Positions 16,500 to 25,839 of a stretch of DNA of 64,000 nucleotides are shown here, one piece after another. The translations under genes were made by a program, and so were the position numbers. Every line of letters starts with the position of its first letter. Within the stretch, counting starts at the first letter, position 1. The notes below the pieces were generated by a model. That model saw nothing but the letters and a program-made list of their open reading frames with translations, was not told where the DNA came from and did no database searches. Origin of the DNA: Labilithrix sp. (GTDB lineage: Bacteria > Myxococcota_A > Polyangia > Polyangiales > Polyangiaceae); NCBI GenBank assembly GCA_026128965.1, contig JAHCIY010000002.1, positions 1,936,468-2,000,467 of the forward strand, written 5' to 3'.

Positions 16500-17261
16500 T
16501 CACAGCTTGTCGGCGTTGCAGTACCAGACCTGAACCTTCAGCGAGTCGACCTTCGCGACGACCGGCCCGCTGACGTCGGCCATGCGCCGCGCGGCGAGGC
16601 GCGGGCCGAACGTGGTGGGGCGGAGGTTCTTCGGGTAGAGGTACGTGCGCCACGTGTCGACGCGCGCGCCGTAGTGGTGCGTGCCGACGATCTGGCGCGG
16701 CCAGGGCTTCGAGAACCGCTTCGGCGTCGGCGGCGGCTCGGTGTCCATCACGAGGTTGATCGACACGTCCTCGACGCCGCTGTCGAGGGACTGGCGCTTG
16801 AGCTGCACGATGACGCCCCACGTCGCCTTGTCGTCGGGGAGATCGATCTTGTAGTCGCTCAGCTCGAGGTACGCGGACTCCTGTCCCTCCTCGAGCGTGA
16901 CGGTCGCGAACTCGCCGTCCTCCGAGATCGCGCCTTCGGGCGTCTCCCACGCGACGCCGCCGCCCGCGACGTCGCCGCGAGGCACGCTCTTCGCGACCCC
17001 CGCCTTCAAGAGCTCGGTCGAGTACAGCTTGCAGCCGTCGGGGGCGTGCGTCACGCCGGCGTCGGACGCGGTCGGATCCTCGTCGTCGTCGTCGTCGCCG
17101 GGTTGCTGGCCGCTCGAGCTGCCGCTGCTCGTCGACGTCGAGCTCGACGACGTCGTGCTCCCTCCTCCGGGCGTGGTGCCGGTGTCGTCGCTGCAGGCGA
17201 TGACGACGGCGGTGCCGAGGAACGCGAAGCACGAGAGAGCGGCGACGTACGCGAAGCGCAT
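16500..17261 (-). CDS. Secreted lipoprotein, hypothetical
   Basis: 253 aa. It starts MRFAYVAALSCFAFLGTAVVIACSDD (signal peptide plus lipobox), followed by a Ser/Thr/Gly/Asp-rich linker and a globular C-terminal domain. Confidence 0.65.
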   Translation of the reverse strand: MRFAYVAALSCFAFLGTAVVIACSDDTGTTPGGGSTTSSSSTSTSSGSSSGQQPGDDDDDEDPTASDAGVTHAPDGCKLYSTELLKAGVAKSVPRGDVAGGGVAWETPEGAISEDGEFATVTLEEGQESAYLELSDYKIDLPDDKATWGVIVQLKRQSLDSGVEDVSINLVMDTEPPPTPKRFSKPWPRQIVGTHHYGARVDTWRTYLYPKNLRPTTFGPRLAARRMADVSGPVVAKVDSLKVQVWYCNADKL

Positions 17262-17308
17262 CCCCCGATCCTATCGTGCGGATCGCGTCCGCGCACGCTC
17301 CGCGAGGC

Positions 17309-17542
17309 TCAGCCGCGCTGGAGCTCGCGGCGGAGGCGGAGGCCGTCACGCAGCGTCCAGGCGCCGCCGCCGAGCAGGATCAGCAGCGCGAGCGCGGCCA
17401 GGGGCGGCGCCGATCCATGTCCGACGAGCCCGAAGATCAGGGCGACGCCGCTCGCGATCGAGAGCGAGCCGGTGACGATGCGCTTGACGCACACCATGCG
17501 CGCGAACGCGCGGTCGACCTTGGCAGGCATGGGACGCAACAT
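17309..17542 (-). CDS. Small hypothetical membrane protein (77 aa, two TM helices)
   Basis: The protein reads MLRPMPAKVDRAFARMVCVKRIVTGSLSIASGVALIFGLVG...LALLILLGGGAWTLRDG. It lies between the TetR gene and the lipoprotein gene on the same strand. Confidence 0.4.
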   Translation of the reverse strand: MLRPMPAKVDRAFARMVCVKRIVTGSLSIASGVALIFGLVGHGSAPPLAALALLILLGGGAWTLRDGLRLRRELQRG

Positions 17543-17552
17543 GGCGGCCCTC

Positions 17553-18386
17553 TTAGCGCGAACGGAGCGTGCCGGCCAGGTACGCGTTCGCGGCCGCCGC
17601 GGCGCGCCGCGAGACGTCGCCGCGATCGAGCTCGACCCCGGACCACTCGGGCCCGACGACGATCGCGTGATGCGCGATCGACACGGCGAGGAGCACCGCG
17701 AACCCGACCTCCGGCGCGGCGGGCGGATCGTCGGTCTCGAGCAGCGATCGCGTGAGCCGCACGGTGAGGTGGGTCCCCACCCGCCGGAGCTCGTCGACGA
17801 GCGCGCGCTCTCCCGACGCGAAGATGGCGCGCACGAGCGCGGCGCGCGCGAGCAACAGGTCGACGACCGACCTGATCGCGAGATCGACCGGGCGCGCGCT
17901 CGCCTTGCCGTCCCAGACGCCGGGTCGCGTCGCGTCGTCGATGACGCTCGTCGCCTGCGCAGAGAGCCGCTCGCACAGCGCGCCGAGGAGCGCGCGCATG
18001 TCGGCGAAGTGCGCGTGGAACACGTCGACCGAGACGCCTGCCCACGACGCGACCTCGCGCGACGTCGTCAGGTTGAAGCCGCGGTCCGCGATCACGGCCT
18101 CGGCCGCGTCCATGATGAGCACGCGCGGCCCGGCCGCGCCGAGCGCGGGCACCTCCACCGTCGCGGCGAGGTCGTCGAGCACCCGCGCGGTCGTCGGCGG
18201 GGCAGGGGGAACCGGCGGCGCGTGCGCTACGCTCTTGCCGCGCGCGGCGGCGACGAGCTGCTCGACGGTGAGCGCGGGCGCCTCGATCGTCATCGACGAC
18301 GAGGGGCGGAGCTCCCGCGTCGACGGCGGCGGATCGGCGGCGCGTTTCTTCTCCTTCGTCGCCGGCTTTGCCTTGCGGCTTGCCAT
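17553..18386 (-). CDS. TetR/AcrR-family transcriptional regulator
   Basis: 277 aa, starting MASRKAKPATKEKKRAADPPP. The helix-turn-helix region is ...RVLIMDAAEAVIADRGFNLTTSREVASWAGVSVDVFHAHFADMRALL... The track ORF has an upstream junk extension. Confidence 0.8.
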   Translation of the reverse strand: MASRKAKPATKEKKRAADPPPSTRELRPSSSMTIEAPALTVEQLVAAARGKSVAHAPPVPPAPPTTARVLDDLAATVEVPALGAAGPRVLIMDAAEAVIADRGFNLTTSREVASWAGVSVDVFHAHFADMRALLGALCERLSAQATSVIDDATRPGVWDGKASARPVDLAIRSVVDLLLARAALVRAIFASGERALVDELRRVGTHLTVRLTRSLLETDDPPAAPEVGFAVLLAVSIAHHAIVVGPEWSGVELDRGDVSRRAAAAANAYLAGTLRSR

Positions 18387-18414
18387 CGCGCAGGATCGTA
18401 CTACCGAGAGAGCG

Positions 18415-19341
18415 ATGCGGGGTGTGCTTCGAACCGGTCTGTTCATCGTCGCGGCGTCGTTCGCCGCCGGCGGCGTCGCGCTCGCGCAGAACCCGGACGA
18501 AGCGCCGGCCTCGTGCCGCGCGCAGGTCGTGAACGCGCTCTCGCGCCTGGCCCCGGCCTTCGCCGGCAAGACACGAAAGATCGCGGCGAAGCAGCCCGGC
18601 TCGCTCGAGGCGGCGATCTGGGGTTATGCGCCGCCGAAGTACCACGACGTCGAGGAGGGCACGCTCCCGCCGCCGCGCGCGGGCGGCAAGTGTCCCTCGG
18701 AGATGGCGTTCGTCGCCGGTCGCGTCTGCGTCGACAAGTGGGAGGGCCACATCGTGCTGCGCGCGCCCGACGGCGCGGAGACGCCGCACTCGCCGTACGT
18801 CCCGCCGCCGTCCGACAAGGTCTACGTCGCGAAGAGCGCGCCCAACGTCGTGCCGCAGGGCTACATCAGCGCGAAGCAGTCGGAGACCGCGTGCAAGGCG
18901 GCGGGCAAGCGGCTCTGTCACCCGGTCGAGTGGCGCGTCGCGTGCGGCGGCACGGAGGGCACCGCGTTCCCGTACGGCCCGACGCGCGTGACGGGCAAGT
19001 GCCACGACACGGGCAAGAGCCCGATGGTGACCTACCACGCGGGCACGATGAACCGAGGCTGGGGCCAAGCGGAGCTCAACGATCCGCGCAACAACCAGCT
19101 CGAGGGCGGCCTCGCGAAGACGGGCGCGTACCCGGACTGCGTGACGGACGAGGGCGTCTTCGACATGGTCGGCAACCTGTCGGAGTGGACCGCGGACCCG
19201 AACGGCACGTTCCAGGGCGGCCTCTGGCTCGACACGACCCAACACGGCGAAGGCTGCGCCTACCGCACGATCTCCCACGAGTTCCAGTACCACGACTACT
19301 CGACCGGCTTCCGCTGCTGCGCCGACCCCACCGGCGGCTGA
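18415..19341 (+). CDS. Secreted formylglycine-generating-enzyme (FGE)/sulfatase-modifying-factor domain protein
   Basis: 308 aa, with the signal peptide MRGVLRTGLFIVAASFAAGGVALAQN. FGE-domain motifs are ...EMAFVAGRVCVDKWEG..., ...GNLSEWTADP... and ...YSTGFRCCADP... Confidence 0.8.
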   Translation: MRGVLRTGLFIVAASFAAGGVALAQNPDEAPASCRAQVVNALSRLAPAFAGKTRKIAAKQPGSLEAAIWGYAPPKYHDVEEGTLPPPRAGGKCPSEMAFVAGRVCVDKWEGHIVLRAPDGAETPHSPYVPPPSDKVYVAKSAPNVVPQGYISAKQSETACKAAGKRLCHPVEWRVACGGTEGTAFPYGPTRVTGKCHDTGKSPMVTYHAGTMNRGWGQAELNDPRNNQLEGGLAKTGAYPDCVTDEGVFDMVGNLSEWTADPNGTFQGGLWLDTTQHGEGCAYRTISHEFQYHDYSTGFRCCADPTGG

Positions 19342-19625
19342 CGCGCGAGCGAGCGCTGGAGGGCGCGGAAGCGGCGCGGGTTGGTGAGGCGCTCTTTCTC
19401 GGGGCGGGGGAGGCGCTTCACGGCGAGCTCGAGGCGGAGCGCGTCGCCGTGGGAGGCGCACTTGCGGACGGCGGCGACGGTGAGCGGCCCGCGGCCGCGC
19501 GTGTAGCGGGCGCCCTTGCCCGCGTCGTGCTGCGCGATGCGCGCCTTCACGTCACGCGCGACGCCGCAATACAGCGAGCCGTCTGCGCATCGCGCCACGT
19601 AGACGAACCACGCATCCGTCTTCAT
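19296..19625 (-). CDS. GIY-YIG nuclease-family protein (small, stand-alone)
   Basis: 109 aa, starting MKTDAWFVYVARCADGSLYCGVARDVKARIAQHDAGKGARYTRGRGP. This is the GIY-YIG core (W.VY....DGSLY.G...D...R...H). The track ORF adds a junk N-terminus. Confidence 0.75.
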   Translation of the reverse strand: MKTDAWFVYVARCADGSLYCGVARDVKARIAQHDAGKGARYTRGRGPLTVAAVRKCASHGDALRLELAVKRLPRPEKERLTNPRRFRALQRSLARQPPVGSAQQRKPVE

Positions 19626-19686
19626 CGCGCAGCGAGAGTAGAGCGCCGCGGCGATCGCGTCGACGTCCGGCAGGGCGTCGATTGTG

Positions 19687-20172
19687 TCAGGGCTTGTCGG
19701 CGCACTGCTGGAGGCACTCGGTGGCCTCCGTGCCGAGGTTGCCGAGGTCGCCGAGGTCGCAGCCGTTCTGGAGGAGGCAGATGCCGCACTCGATGTTGGG
19801 GAGGCCGCCCTTGCAGACGTTCTCCTCGCAGACCGTGGTGCACTTGCCGGTGGTGCCGCAGGCGCAGGAGTCGACGATCTTCTTCGGCGCCTGCTGCCCG
19901 CAGCACTTCGCGCAGTCCGCCTTCGTCGCCGCCGTCTTCGGGTCGCACGTGTTCGGCTCGTTCGTCGGGGCCGGCTGCTGCGACTGCTGCGTCTTCGGCT
20001 GCGTCTGCGTCTGCGCCGGCGCCGGGCGCTGCGGCTCCGTCTCGTCCTCGTCCTGCAGCGTCGACTCGTCGTCGTCCGTGCGGTCGAGCAGCTGGTCCGC
20101 CTTCCCGTCGCCGCAGGCGACCGTGAGTCCGGCGAAGGTGGCGACGAGGGAGAGAACGAGGAGGGTGCGCAT
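19687..20172 (-). CDS. Cys-rich secreted lipoprotein with a Gln/Thr-rich linker, hypothetical
   Basis: 161 aa. It starts MRTLLVLSLVATFAGLTVACGDGK (lipobox) and has about 16 Cys in CxxCC/CxC arrangements (CAKCCGQQ, CACGTTGKCTTVCEENVC, CGICLLQNGC). Confidence 0.55.
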   Translation of the reverse strand: MRTLLVLSLVATFAGLTVACGDGKADQLLDRTDDDESTLQDEDETEPQRPAPAQTQTQPKTQQSQQPAPTNEPNTCDPKTAATKADCAKCCGQQAPKKIVDSCACGTTGKCTTVCEENVCKGGLPNIECGICLLQNGCDLGDLGNLGTEATECLQQCADKP

Positions 20173-20308
20173 GACGGAGACATGTAGGTGCACCTGCCGT
20201 GCCGCCGCTTTGGAGGGTGGGTGCTCTAGTAATTTCAAATATTTAAGGATGTAGGATGGTGTGATCTAAGCTCACCACCGGATCGCCCGTTGCGCTAAGA
20301 GCAGCGCA

Positions 20309-22267
20309 ATGCTCCGCCCGACGTTCCTCGTCCTCGGGACCCTGACCCTCACCCTCGCGTGCCACGCGGTCCGGCCCGCGCCCGCCGCCGGCGCTCCGGC
20401 CGCGACCGTCCCCGACGCCAGCGCCGACGAGCCGCTCGTGAAGGGGAACGTCGAGACCGACGCCGAGTACGCGCGCGCGATACGTGAGCATTACACGAAG
20501 TACGAGCACCGCGTCCCGATGCGCGACGGCGTCCGGCTCTTCACCGCCGTCTACGTGCCGAAGGACACGAAGCACCGCTACCCGATCATGCTGCAGCGCA
20601 CGCCGTACTCGGTCGGACCCTACGGCGTGGACCTCTACCCGAGCGACAAGAACGCCCGCGCGATGCGACGGTTCGCGCCGTCGACGCAGATGCTGAAGGA
20701 GGGGTACGTCTTCGTTCATCAGGACGTCCGCGGCCGCATGATGAGCGAAGGCACCTTCGTCGACGTGCGCCCGCACCGAACCGGGAACGCCAAGACGGAC
20801 GTCGACGAGAGCACCGACGCGTGGGACACGATCGACTGGCTCGTGAAGAACGTCCCGAACAACGGGCGCGTCGGGACGTGGGGCATCTCGTATCCCGGCT
20901 TCTACGCCGCGCAGGCCGCGATCGACGCGCACCCCGCGCTGAAGGCCGCGTCGCCGCAGGCGCCGGTGACGGAGTGGTTCATCGGCGACGACTTCCACCA
21001 CAACGGCGCGCTCTTCCTCGCCGCCGCGTTCGACTTCTACGCGTCGTTCGGCAAGCCGCGCCCCGAGCCGACGAAGAAGGGGAAATGGGAGAGCCAGCAC
21101 GAGTCGGAGGACGTCTACGACTTCTTCCTCGCGATGGGCCCGATCGCGAACGCGGACAAGAAGTGGCTCGACGGCAAGATCGCCTTCTGGAACGAGATGC
21201 TCGCGCACCCGAACCGCGACGAGTGGTGGAAGGCGCGCGATCCGCGCCCGCACTACAAGGACGCGCGCCCGGCGATCATGACGGTGGGCGGCTGGTACGA
21301 CGCGGAGGACCTGTGGGGCGCGCTCGAGACGTACCGCGCGTACGAGAAGGGCGCGAAGAGCGAGAACGTCCTCGTGATGGGGCCGTGGAGCCACGGCGGT
21401 TGGGCGCGCCACGACGGCGATCGCCTCGGCGACGTCACGTTCGGGCAGAAGACCTCGCTCTATTACCGCGAGCACATCGAGGCGCCGTTCTTCGCGCGGC
21501 ACCTCAAGGGCAAGAAGGGCGCGCCCGCGCCGGAGGCGACCGTGTTCGAGCGCGGCACCAACATGTGGCGCACCTACGACAAGTGGCCGCCGCCGGAGGC
21601 GAAGCCCGTCACGCTCTGGTTCGGCGCGAACGGCAAGCTCGCGACCAAGGCCGCGGACGCGGAGCCCGACGAGTTCGTGAGCGATCCGAAGAAGCCGGTC
21701 CCGTACCGCGCGAAGCCGAGCGACGCGATCGATCAGGACTTCATGACCGAGGACCAGCGCTTCGCCGCGCGCCGCCCCGACGTCGTGGTCTACGCGACGG
21801 AGCCGCTCGCGGACGACGTGCTCCTCACCGGCCCGATCGAGGCGTCGGTGTGGCTCTCGACGACCGGCACCGACGCGGACGTCGTCGTGAAGCTCGTCGA
21901 CGTCTGGCCCGCCGACACCGCGGCGGAGAACAACGTGCACTTCGGCGGCTACCAGGAGCTCGTGCGCGCGGAGGTGATGCGCGGCCGCTTCCGTAACTCG
22001 TTCGAGAAGCCGGAGCCGTTCAAGCCGAACGAGCCGGCGCTCGTGAAGGTCACGCTCCCCGACGTCGCGCACACCTTCCGGACCGGGCATCGCCTGATGG
22101 TGCAGGTCCAGAGCTCGTGGTTCCCGCTCGTCGATCGCAACCCGCAGACGTTCGTCGACATCGCGAAGGCGACCGATGCCGACTTCAAGCTCGCGACCCA
22201 CCGCATCTTCAAGGGCGGCGACAAGGCGTCGAGCGTCAAGCTCCTCGTCTCGCGCGGCGCGCTCTGA
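20309..22267 (+). CDS. CocE/NonD-family hydrolase (X-Pro dipeptidyl-peptidase S15-like), lipoprotein
   Basis: 652 aa. It starts MLRPTFLVLGTLTLTLAC and carries the nucleophile motif ...GTWGISYPGFYA... The C-terminal beta-sandwich region is typical of the family. Confidence 0.9.
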   Translation: MLRPTFLVLGTLTLTLACHAVRPAPAAGAPAATVPDASADEPLVKGNVETDAEYARAIREHYTKYEHRVPMRDGVRLFTAVYVPKDTKHRYPIMLQRTPYSVGPYGVDLYPSDKNARAMRRFAPSTQMLKEGYVFVHQDVRGRMMSEGTFVDVRPHRTGNAKTDVDESTDAWDTIDWLVKNVPNNGRVGTWGISYPGFYAAQAAIDAHPALKAASPQAPVTEWFIGDDFHHNGALFLAAAFDFYASFGKPRPEPTKKGKWESQHESEDVYDFFLAMGPIANADKKWLDGKIAFWNEMLAHPNRDEWWKARDPRPHYKDARPAIMTVGGWYDAEDLWGALETYRAYEKGAKSENVLVMGPWSHGGWARHDGDRLGDVTFGQKTSLYYREHIEAPFFARHLKGKKGAPAPEATVFERGTNMWRTYDKWPPPEAKPVTLWFGANGKLATKAADAEPDEFVSDPKKPVPYRAKPSDAIDQDFMTEDQRFAARRPDVVVYATEPLADDVLLTGPIEASVWLSTTGTDADVVVKLVDVWPADTAAENNVHFGGYQELVRAEVMRGRFRNSFEKPEPFKPNEPALVKVTLPDVAHTFRTGHRLMVQVQSSWFPLVDRNPQTFVDIAKATDADFKLATHRIFKGGDKASSVKLLVSRGAL

Positions 22268-22272
22268 GGCGG

Positions 22273-22617
22273 TCAGTCCGCGCGGAAGCGGATCATCACG
22301 TCGCGGCGCTCGAGGTGCGCCTCGCAGAGCTCCAGCATCACGTTCTGCGCCTCCTCGACGTCGATGATGAGCGTGCGCGCCGTCTCGTCGCCGGAGCAGA
22401 AGACGTCCGCGTTCGCGGTCGCGACGATCTTGCCCTTGCCGGGCGCGGCGACCACCACGTCGTGCTCGTTCATGGTCGCCGCCGCGCCGATGCTCGTGAC
22501 GCTGTTCTCCACCACCGTGGCGATGCCGGCGGCCGTACCCATGTACTCTGCACGGGCCGAGACGCTCGAAGCGACGAGGGCGAGGGCGAGACCGGCGGCG
22601 ACGCTGAGGCGGAGCAT
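22273..22617 (-). CDS. Small secreted hypothetical protein
   Basis: 114 aa, starting MLRLSVAAGLALALVASSVSARAEYMG (signal peptide). It has a normal amino-acid composition. Confidence 0.45.
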   Translation of the reverse strand: MLRLSVAAGLALALVASSVSARAEYMGTAAGIATVVENSVTSIGAAATMNEHDVVVAAPGKGKIVATANADVFCSGDETARTLIIDVEEAQNVMLELCEAHLERRDVMIRFRAD

Positions 22618-22739
22618 GGTTCGGGGTCTTGCAACCGCGGGGCCAGCTTCTGCGTAGGCTAACTCCGCGAAATGACGTCGCGATGCACCAGCAGTGCGCA
22701 GGATACAGCGATACACCCTGCGATACAGAGACAGCAGGT

Positions 22740-23306
22740 TCATAGGTCCGTCTCCACGTTTCTCCCGCAGATCTTCCCGCTGAGGGCGTTGCCGGTCTGA
22801 CCGAGCTGGAGCGGGCACTCGACGTTGTAGGGGGAGGGCGGATCGTAGACCGAGCCTTCGATCTTCAGCGAGGGGCTCGCCATGATGAGCGCGGTCGGCG
22901 ACGTGGGCTGCACCGCCATGACGCCCTCCTGCGTGAACACGCCCGTGATCTTCGTCTCGTAGTTCTCGTCCGCGTCTTCGTCCTTCGATAGGTACGCGCA
23001 CTCCTCGAGCTGGTAGACGATGCGCACTTCGGTCGCGCCCTGGATCGCGTTCGACGTCGCGCTCCCGGTCACGCGCACGGCGCCGCCCTGCGGGCACTTC
23101 GCGGCGAGGTCGTATTCGCCGACGGGCTTGCCCTGGAAGGTGAGGTTGAACGCGAGCTTCACCGTCTCGCGCACCGCCCGCACCGCGATCTCGTCCTTGC
23201 ACTCGTCGTCGCACGGCGGCGCCTCCGGCGGCGGCGTGACCGCGCTCGCGCCGTCGCACGCCGGCCCGGCGGCGAGGGCGAGCATGAAGAGGAGCACACG
23301 TCGCAT
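22740..23306 (-). CDS. Lipoprotein, hypothetical (co-transcribed downstream of the TonB-dependent receptor)
   Basis: 188 aa, starting MRRVLLFMLALAAGPACDG, with six Cys. Its start overlaps the receptor stop (TGATG). In the track this gene is fused into the 3' end of the ORF 22740..25793. Confidence 0.6.
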   Translation of the reverse strand: MRRVLLFMLALAAGPACDGASAVTPPPEAPPCDDECKDEIAVRAVRETVKLAFNLTFQGKPVGEYDLAAKCPQGGAVRVTGSATSNAIQGATEVRIVYQLEECAYLSKDEDADENYETKITGVFTQEGVMAVQPTSPTALIMASPSLKIEGSVYDPPSPYNVECPLQLGQTGNALSGKICGRNVETDL

Positions 23307-25753
23307 CAGAACCCTCCTTCCAGTCCTAGGCTCGGGATCGTCACCGGTCCAATCTCCTGCGCGACGCAGCCGCCGAGCGTGCACGTCGTCGCGATCGACT
23401 CCTTCGTCAAGGTCGCGTTCATCCACTCCGCCACGAACGAGAGCCAGAACCTCTCCCAGTGCCAGCGCTTCTCGAGGCGGAGGTCGGCGCGGAAGAACGA
23501 CGGCAGCCGCGTCGAGTCGTCGGTCGGATCGGGGAGCTTGGGCAGTCCGGTGTAGAAGGTGAAGCGCGTGCCCGCGCGCCAGTTCTTGCCGAGGTCGAAC
23601 GCGAGCGCGGTGTTGAGCACGTGCGTTCGGTCGAACGTCGCGACGTACGTGCGGCCCTCGTACGAGCGCGTCGAGCGCGACAGCGTGTACGAGAGGAAGC
23701 CGCCGATCCGGCTCGTGAGCTTGCGCTTGAGGAAGACCTCGAGGCCGTAGGCGGTGCCCTTCGTGCGGACCTCGAAGATGTTCGCGTTCTCCTGCGCCGA
23801 GGCGCTGTCCGCGCCCTGTCCGCCGCCGCCGCTGCGGTCCGGTCCGATCGTGCCCGGCGCGAAGCGGGGGACGCCGCACGTCCCGCCGCCGCCGCCACCT
23901 CCTCCGAACTGATCGAAGCCGAGGCGCCCGCGATCGCCCGCGATCGTGGTGGTCGGGAACGCGCCCGGCGCGCAGCCGCTGAGCTGCGGGGGGCGGACGC
24001 CGAGCGGATCGCTCATGTCGGCGAACGAGTTGTGGAAGACCGTGAGCGTGCCGGTGATGTCGGCCCAGAGATCGGCCTCGACGCCCGCGCTCTCCTGGTA
24101 CGCCTTCTGGAGGCCGCCGATGAGGCCGCCGGGCTGGAAGCCGGGGACGGGGACGACGAACGCGGGCGCCTGATGCGCGATGCCGAACGCGGAGAGGAGG
24201 CGGACGTGTTTCGTCATCTCGGTGCGCATCGCGAGGCGCGGGTCGAGGCCGACCGCGGTCGCGCCGTTCGAGGTGTAGAGGTCGGTGCGGACGCCGGGCG
24301 TGATCTCGAGGCGGTTCGTCACGCCGATGACCGCGTCGCCGCGCGCGCCCATGACGAGGTCGCTGCGCGTGGGGAAGAAGCTCGCGACGCGCGCGGCGGA
24401 CGGCGAGAGCGTGCCGGCGACGACCTGGAGGTCGTAGGTGTCCATCTGGAGGTCGGTGCCGGCGCGGAGCAAGACGCGCGGGCTCGCGGAGTACGTCCAC
24501 TCCGAGCGCGCGCCGAGGATGCGGTCGCGGACGAAGCGGTCCTCCGTCGCGCGCGAGCGATCGAAGCCGGTCGTGACCGCCATCCGAACGTTGCCCTTGT
24601 CGCCGAGCTTCTTGTCGTAGCGGAGGTCGATGCGGTGGAACTCGGTGCCGAAGAGCGTGATGTCCTGCGTCGGCGTGCGCTGGCCGAGGTAGTCGTACGA
24701 GCCGAAGACGAAGACGCCGACCTGATCGTCCTTCGTCAGGTCGTAGGTCGCGCGCGCCTGGTAGTCCCAGTAGTTGAGGAGCGTGTCCGACGCGATCTGG
24801 GTGAGGAGGAACGCGGTGTACGAGTAGCGGCCGCCGAGGAGGAGGGAGCCGCGATCCTGCGGGCCCCAGCGCGTCTCGGCCATGCCGCCGGCGTCGAAGA
24901 GGCGGACGTTGAACTCGCCGTGACGCTTGTCGAGCGGCGGTGAGGTCTCGCCCGCGACGATGCCGCCGCTGAAGCGACCGAAGCGCGCGGGGTAGCCGCC
25001 GGGGTAGAGGTCGACGCGGTTGATGAGCCCCGGGTGCACGACGGAGGGGCCGACGCCGACGTGGAAGAGGAGCGGGATGCGGACGCCGTCGAGGTAGTAG
25101 CCGACGTTGCCCGGCGGCGCGCCGCGGATGAAGAAGAAGGGGAGGCCCGAGACGATCGGCGTCACGCCGGGCATGATCTCGACCGCGCGGAAGGGATCGC
25201 CGAAGGCGCCCGGGATCTGACGGACCTCCTGGCGCGTGAGCGTCACCGTGCGTCCGGGCTCGCGCGCGCCGCGGACGCGCACCTCTTGTGGCTCGTCGCG
25301 CTTGGGCGCGGGCGCGGCTCCTTTCGTTCCCGGCTTCGCCTCGGTCTTCGGCGGCTCCTCCGGCTCCTCCGGCTCGGGCTCGGTCGTGGTGACGATCGGC
25401 GCGTGGAAGGCGACCTCCATCTTGATGCGCGCGGCGATCGGCTTTCCTCCGCGCGTCGCGGGCTCGAACGTCCACGTCTTCACCGCCTCCGCCGCCGCGC
25501 CGCCGAACGGCTCGGGGGTGCCGTCCTCCGGCTTCACCTCGCCGACGGTGCCGTCGGCGTTGACGAGCACGACGACGATGACGGTCGCGTCGCCGCTCGC
25601 GCCGGCCGGGTAGTCGACGTCCGGATCGGAGACGAGCTTCGGCGGCACGATCTCGACCGAAGGCGGCGGCGCGGGCGCGGGCTGTTGTGCGCTCGCGACG
25701 GAGGCGAAGGCGAGCCCACAAAGCGAAGCAGCGACGGCGAGTGCGCGACGCAA
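23306..25753 (-). CDS. TonB-dependent outer-membrane receptor with an N-terminal TonB-C-like domain
   Basis: 815 aa. It has the signal peptide MRRALAVAASLCGLAFASVASAQ, an N-terminal TonB-C-like segment (VDYPAGASGDATVIVVVLVNADGTVGEVKPE...AAEAVKTWTFEPA), a plug region (TLTRQEVRQIPGAFGDPFRAVEIMPGV), a long beta-barrel, and a C-terminal aromatic residue (…LEGGF). Confidence 0.85.
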   Translation of the reverse strand: MRRALAVAASLCGLAFASVASAQQPAPAPPPSVEIVPPKLVSDPDVDYPAGASGDATVIVVVLVNADGTVGEVKPEDGTPEPFGGAAAEAVKTWTFEPATRGGKPIAARIKMEVAFHAPIVTTTEPEPEEPEEPPKTEAKPGTKGAAPAPKRDEPQEVRVRGAREPGRTVTLTRQEVRQIPGAFGDPFRAVEIMPGVTPIVSGLPFFFIRGAPPGNVGYYLDGVRIPLLFHVGVGPSVVHPGLINRVDLYPGGYPARFGRFSGGIVAGETSPPLDKRHGEFNVRLFDAGGMAETRWGPQDRGSLLLGGRYSYTAFLLTQIASDTLLNYWDYQARATYDLTKDDQVGVFVFGSYDYLGQRTPTQDITLFGTEFHRIDLRYDKKLGDKGNVRMAVTTGFDRSRATEDRFVRDRILGARSEWTYSASPRVLLRAGTDLQMDTYDLQVVAGTLSPSAARVASFFPTRSDLVMGARGDAVIGVTNRLEITPGVRTDLYTSNGATAVGLDPRLAMRTEMTKHVRLLSAFGIAHQAPAFVVPVPGFQPGGLIGGLQKAYQESAGVEADLWADITGTLTVFHNSFADMSDPLGVRPPQLSGCAPGAFPTTTIAGDRGRLGFDQFGGGGGGGGTCGVPRFAPGTIGPDRSGGGGQGADSASAQENANIFEVRTKGTAYGLEVFLKRKLTSRIGGFLSYTLSRSTRSYEGRTYVATFDRTHVLNTALAFDLGKNWRAGTRFTFYTGLPKLPDPTDDSTRLPSFFRADLRLEKRWHWERFWLSFVAEWMNATLTKESIATTCTLGGCVAQEIGPVTIPSLGLEGGF

Positions 25754-25839
25754 GGCGGCAAAGTCTTACGCCCTTTTTCTCCGCGCACCGCACGTTCTTA
25801 CGAACCGTTAACGTCGCGGCACCGAGCCGCCGCGTATCG

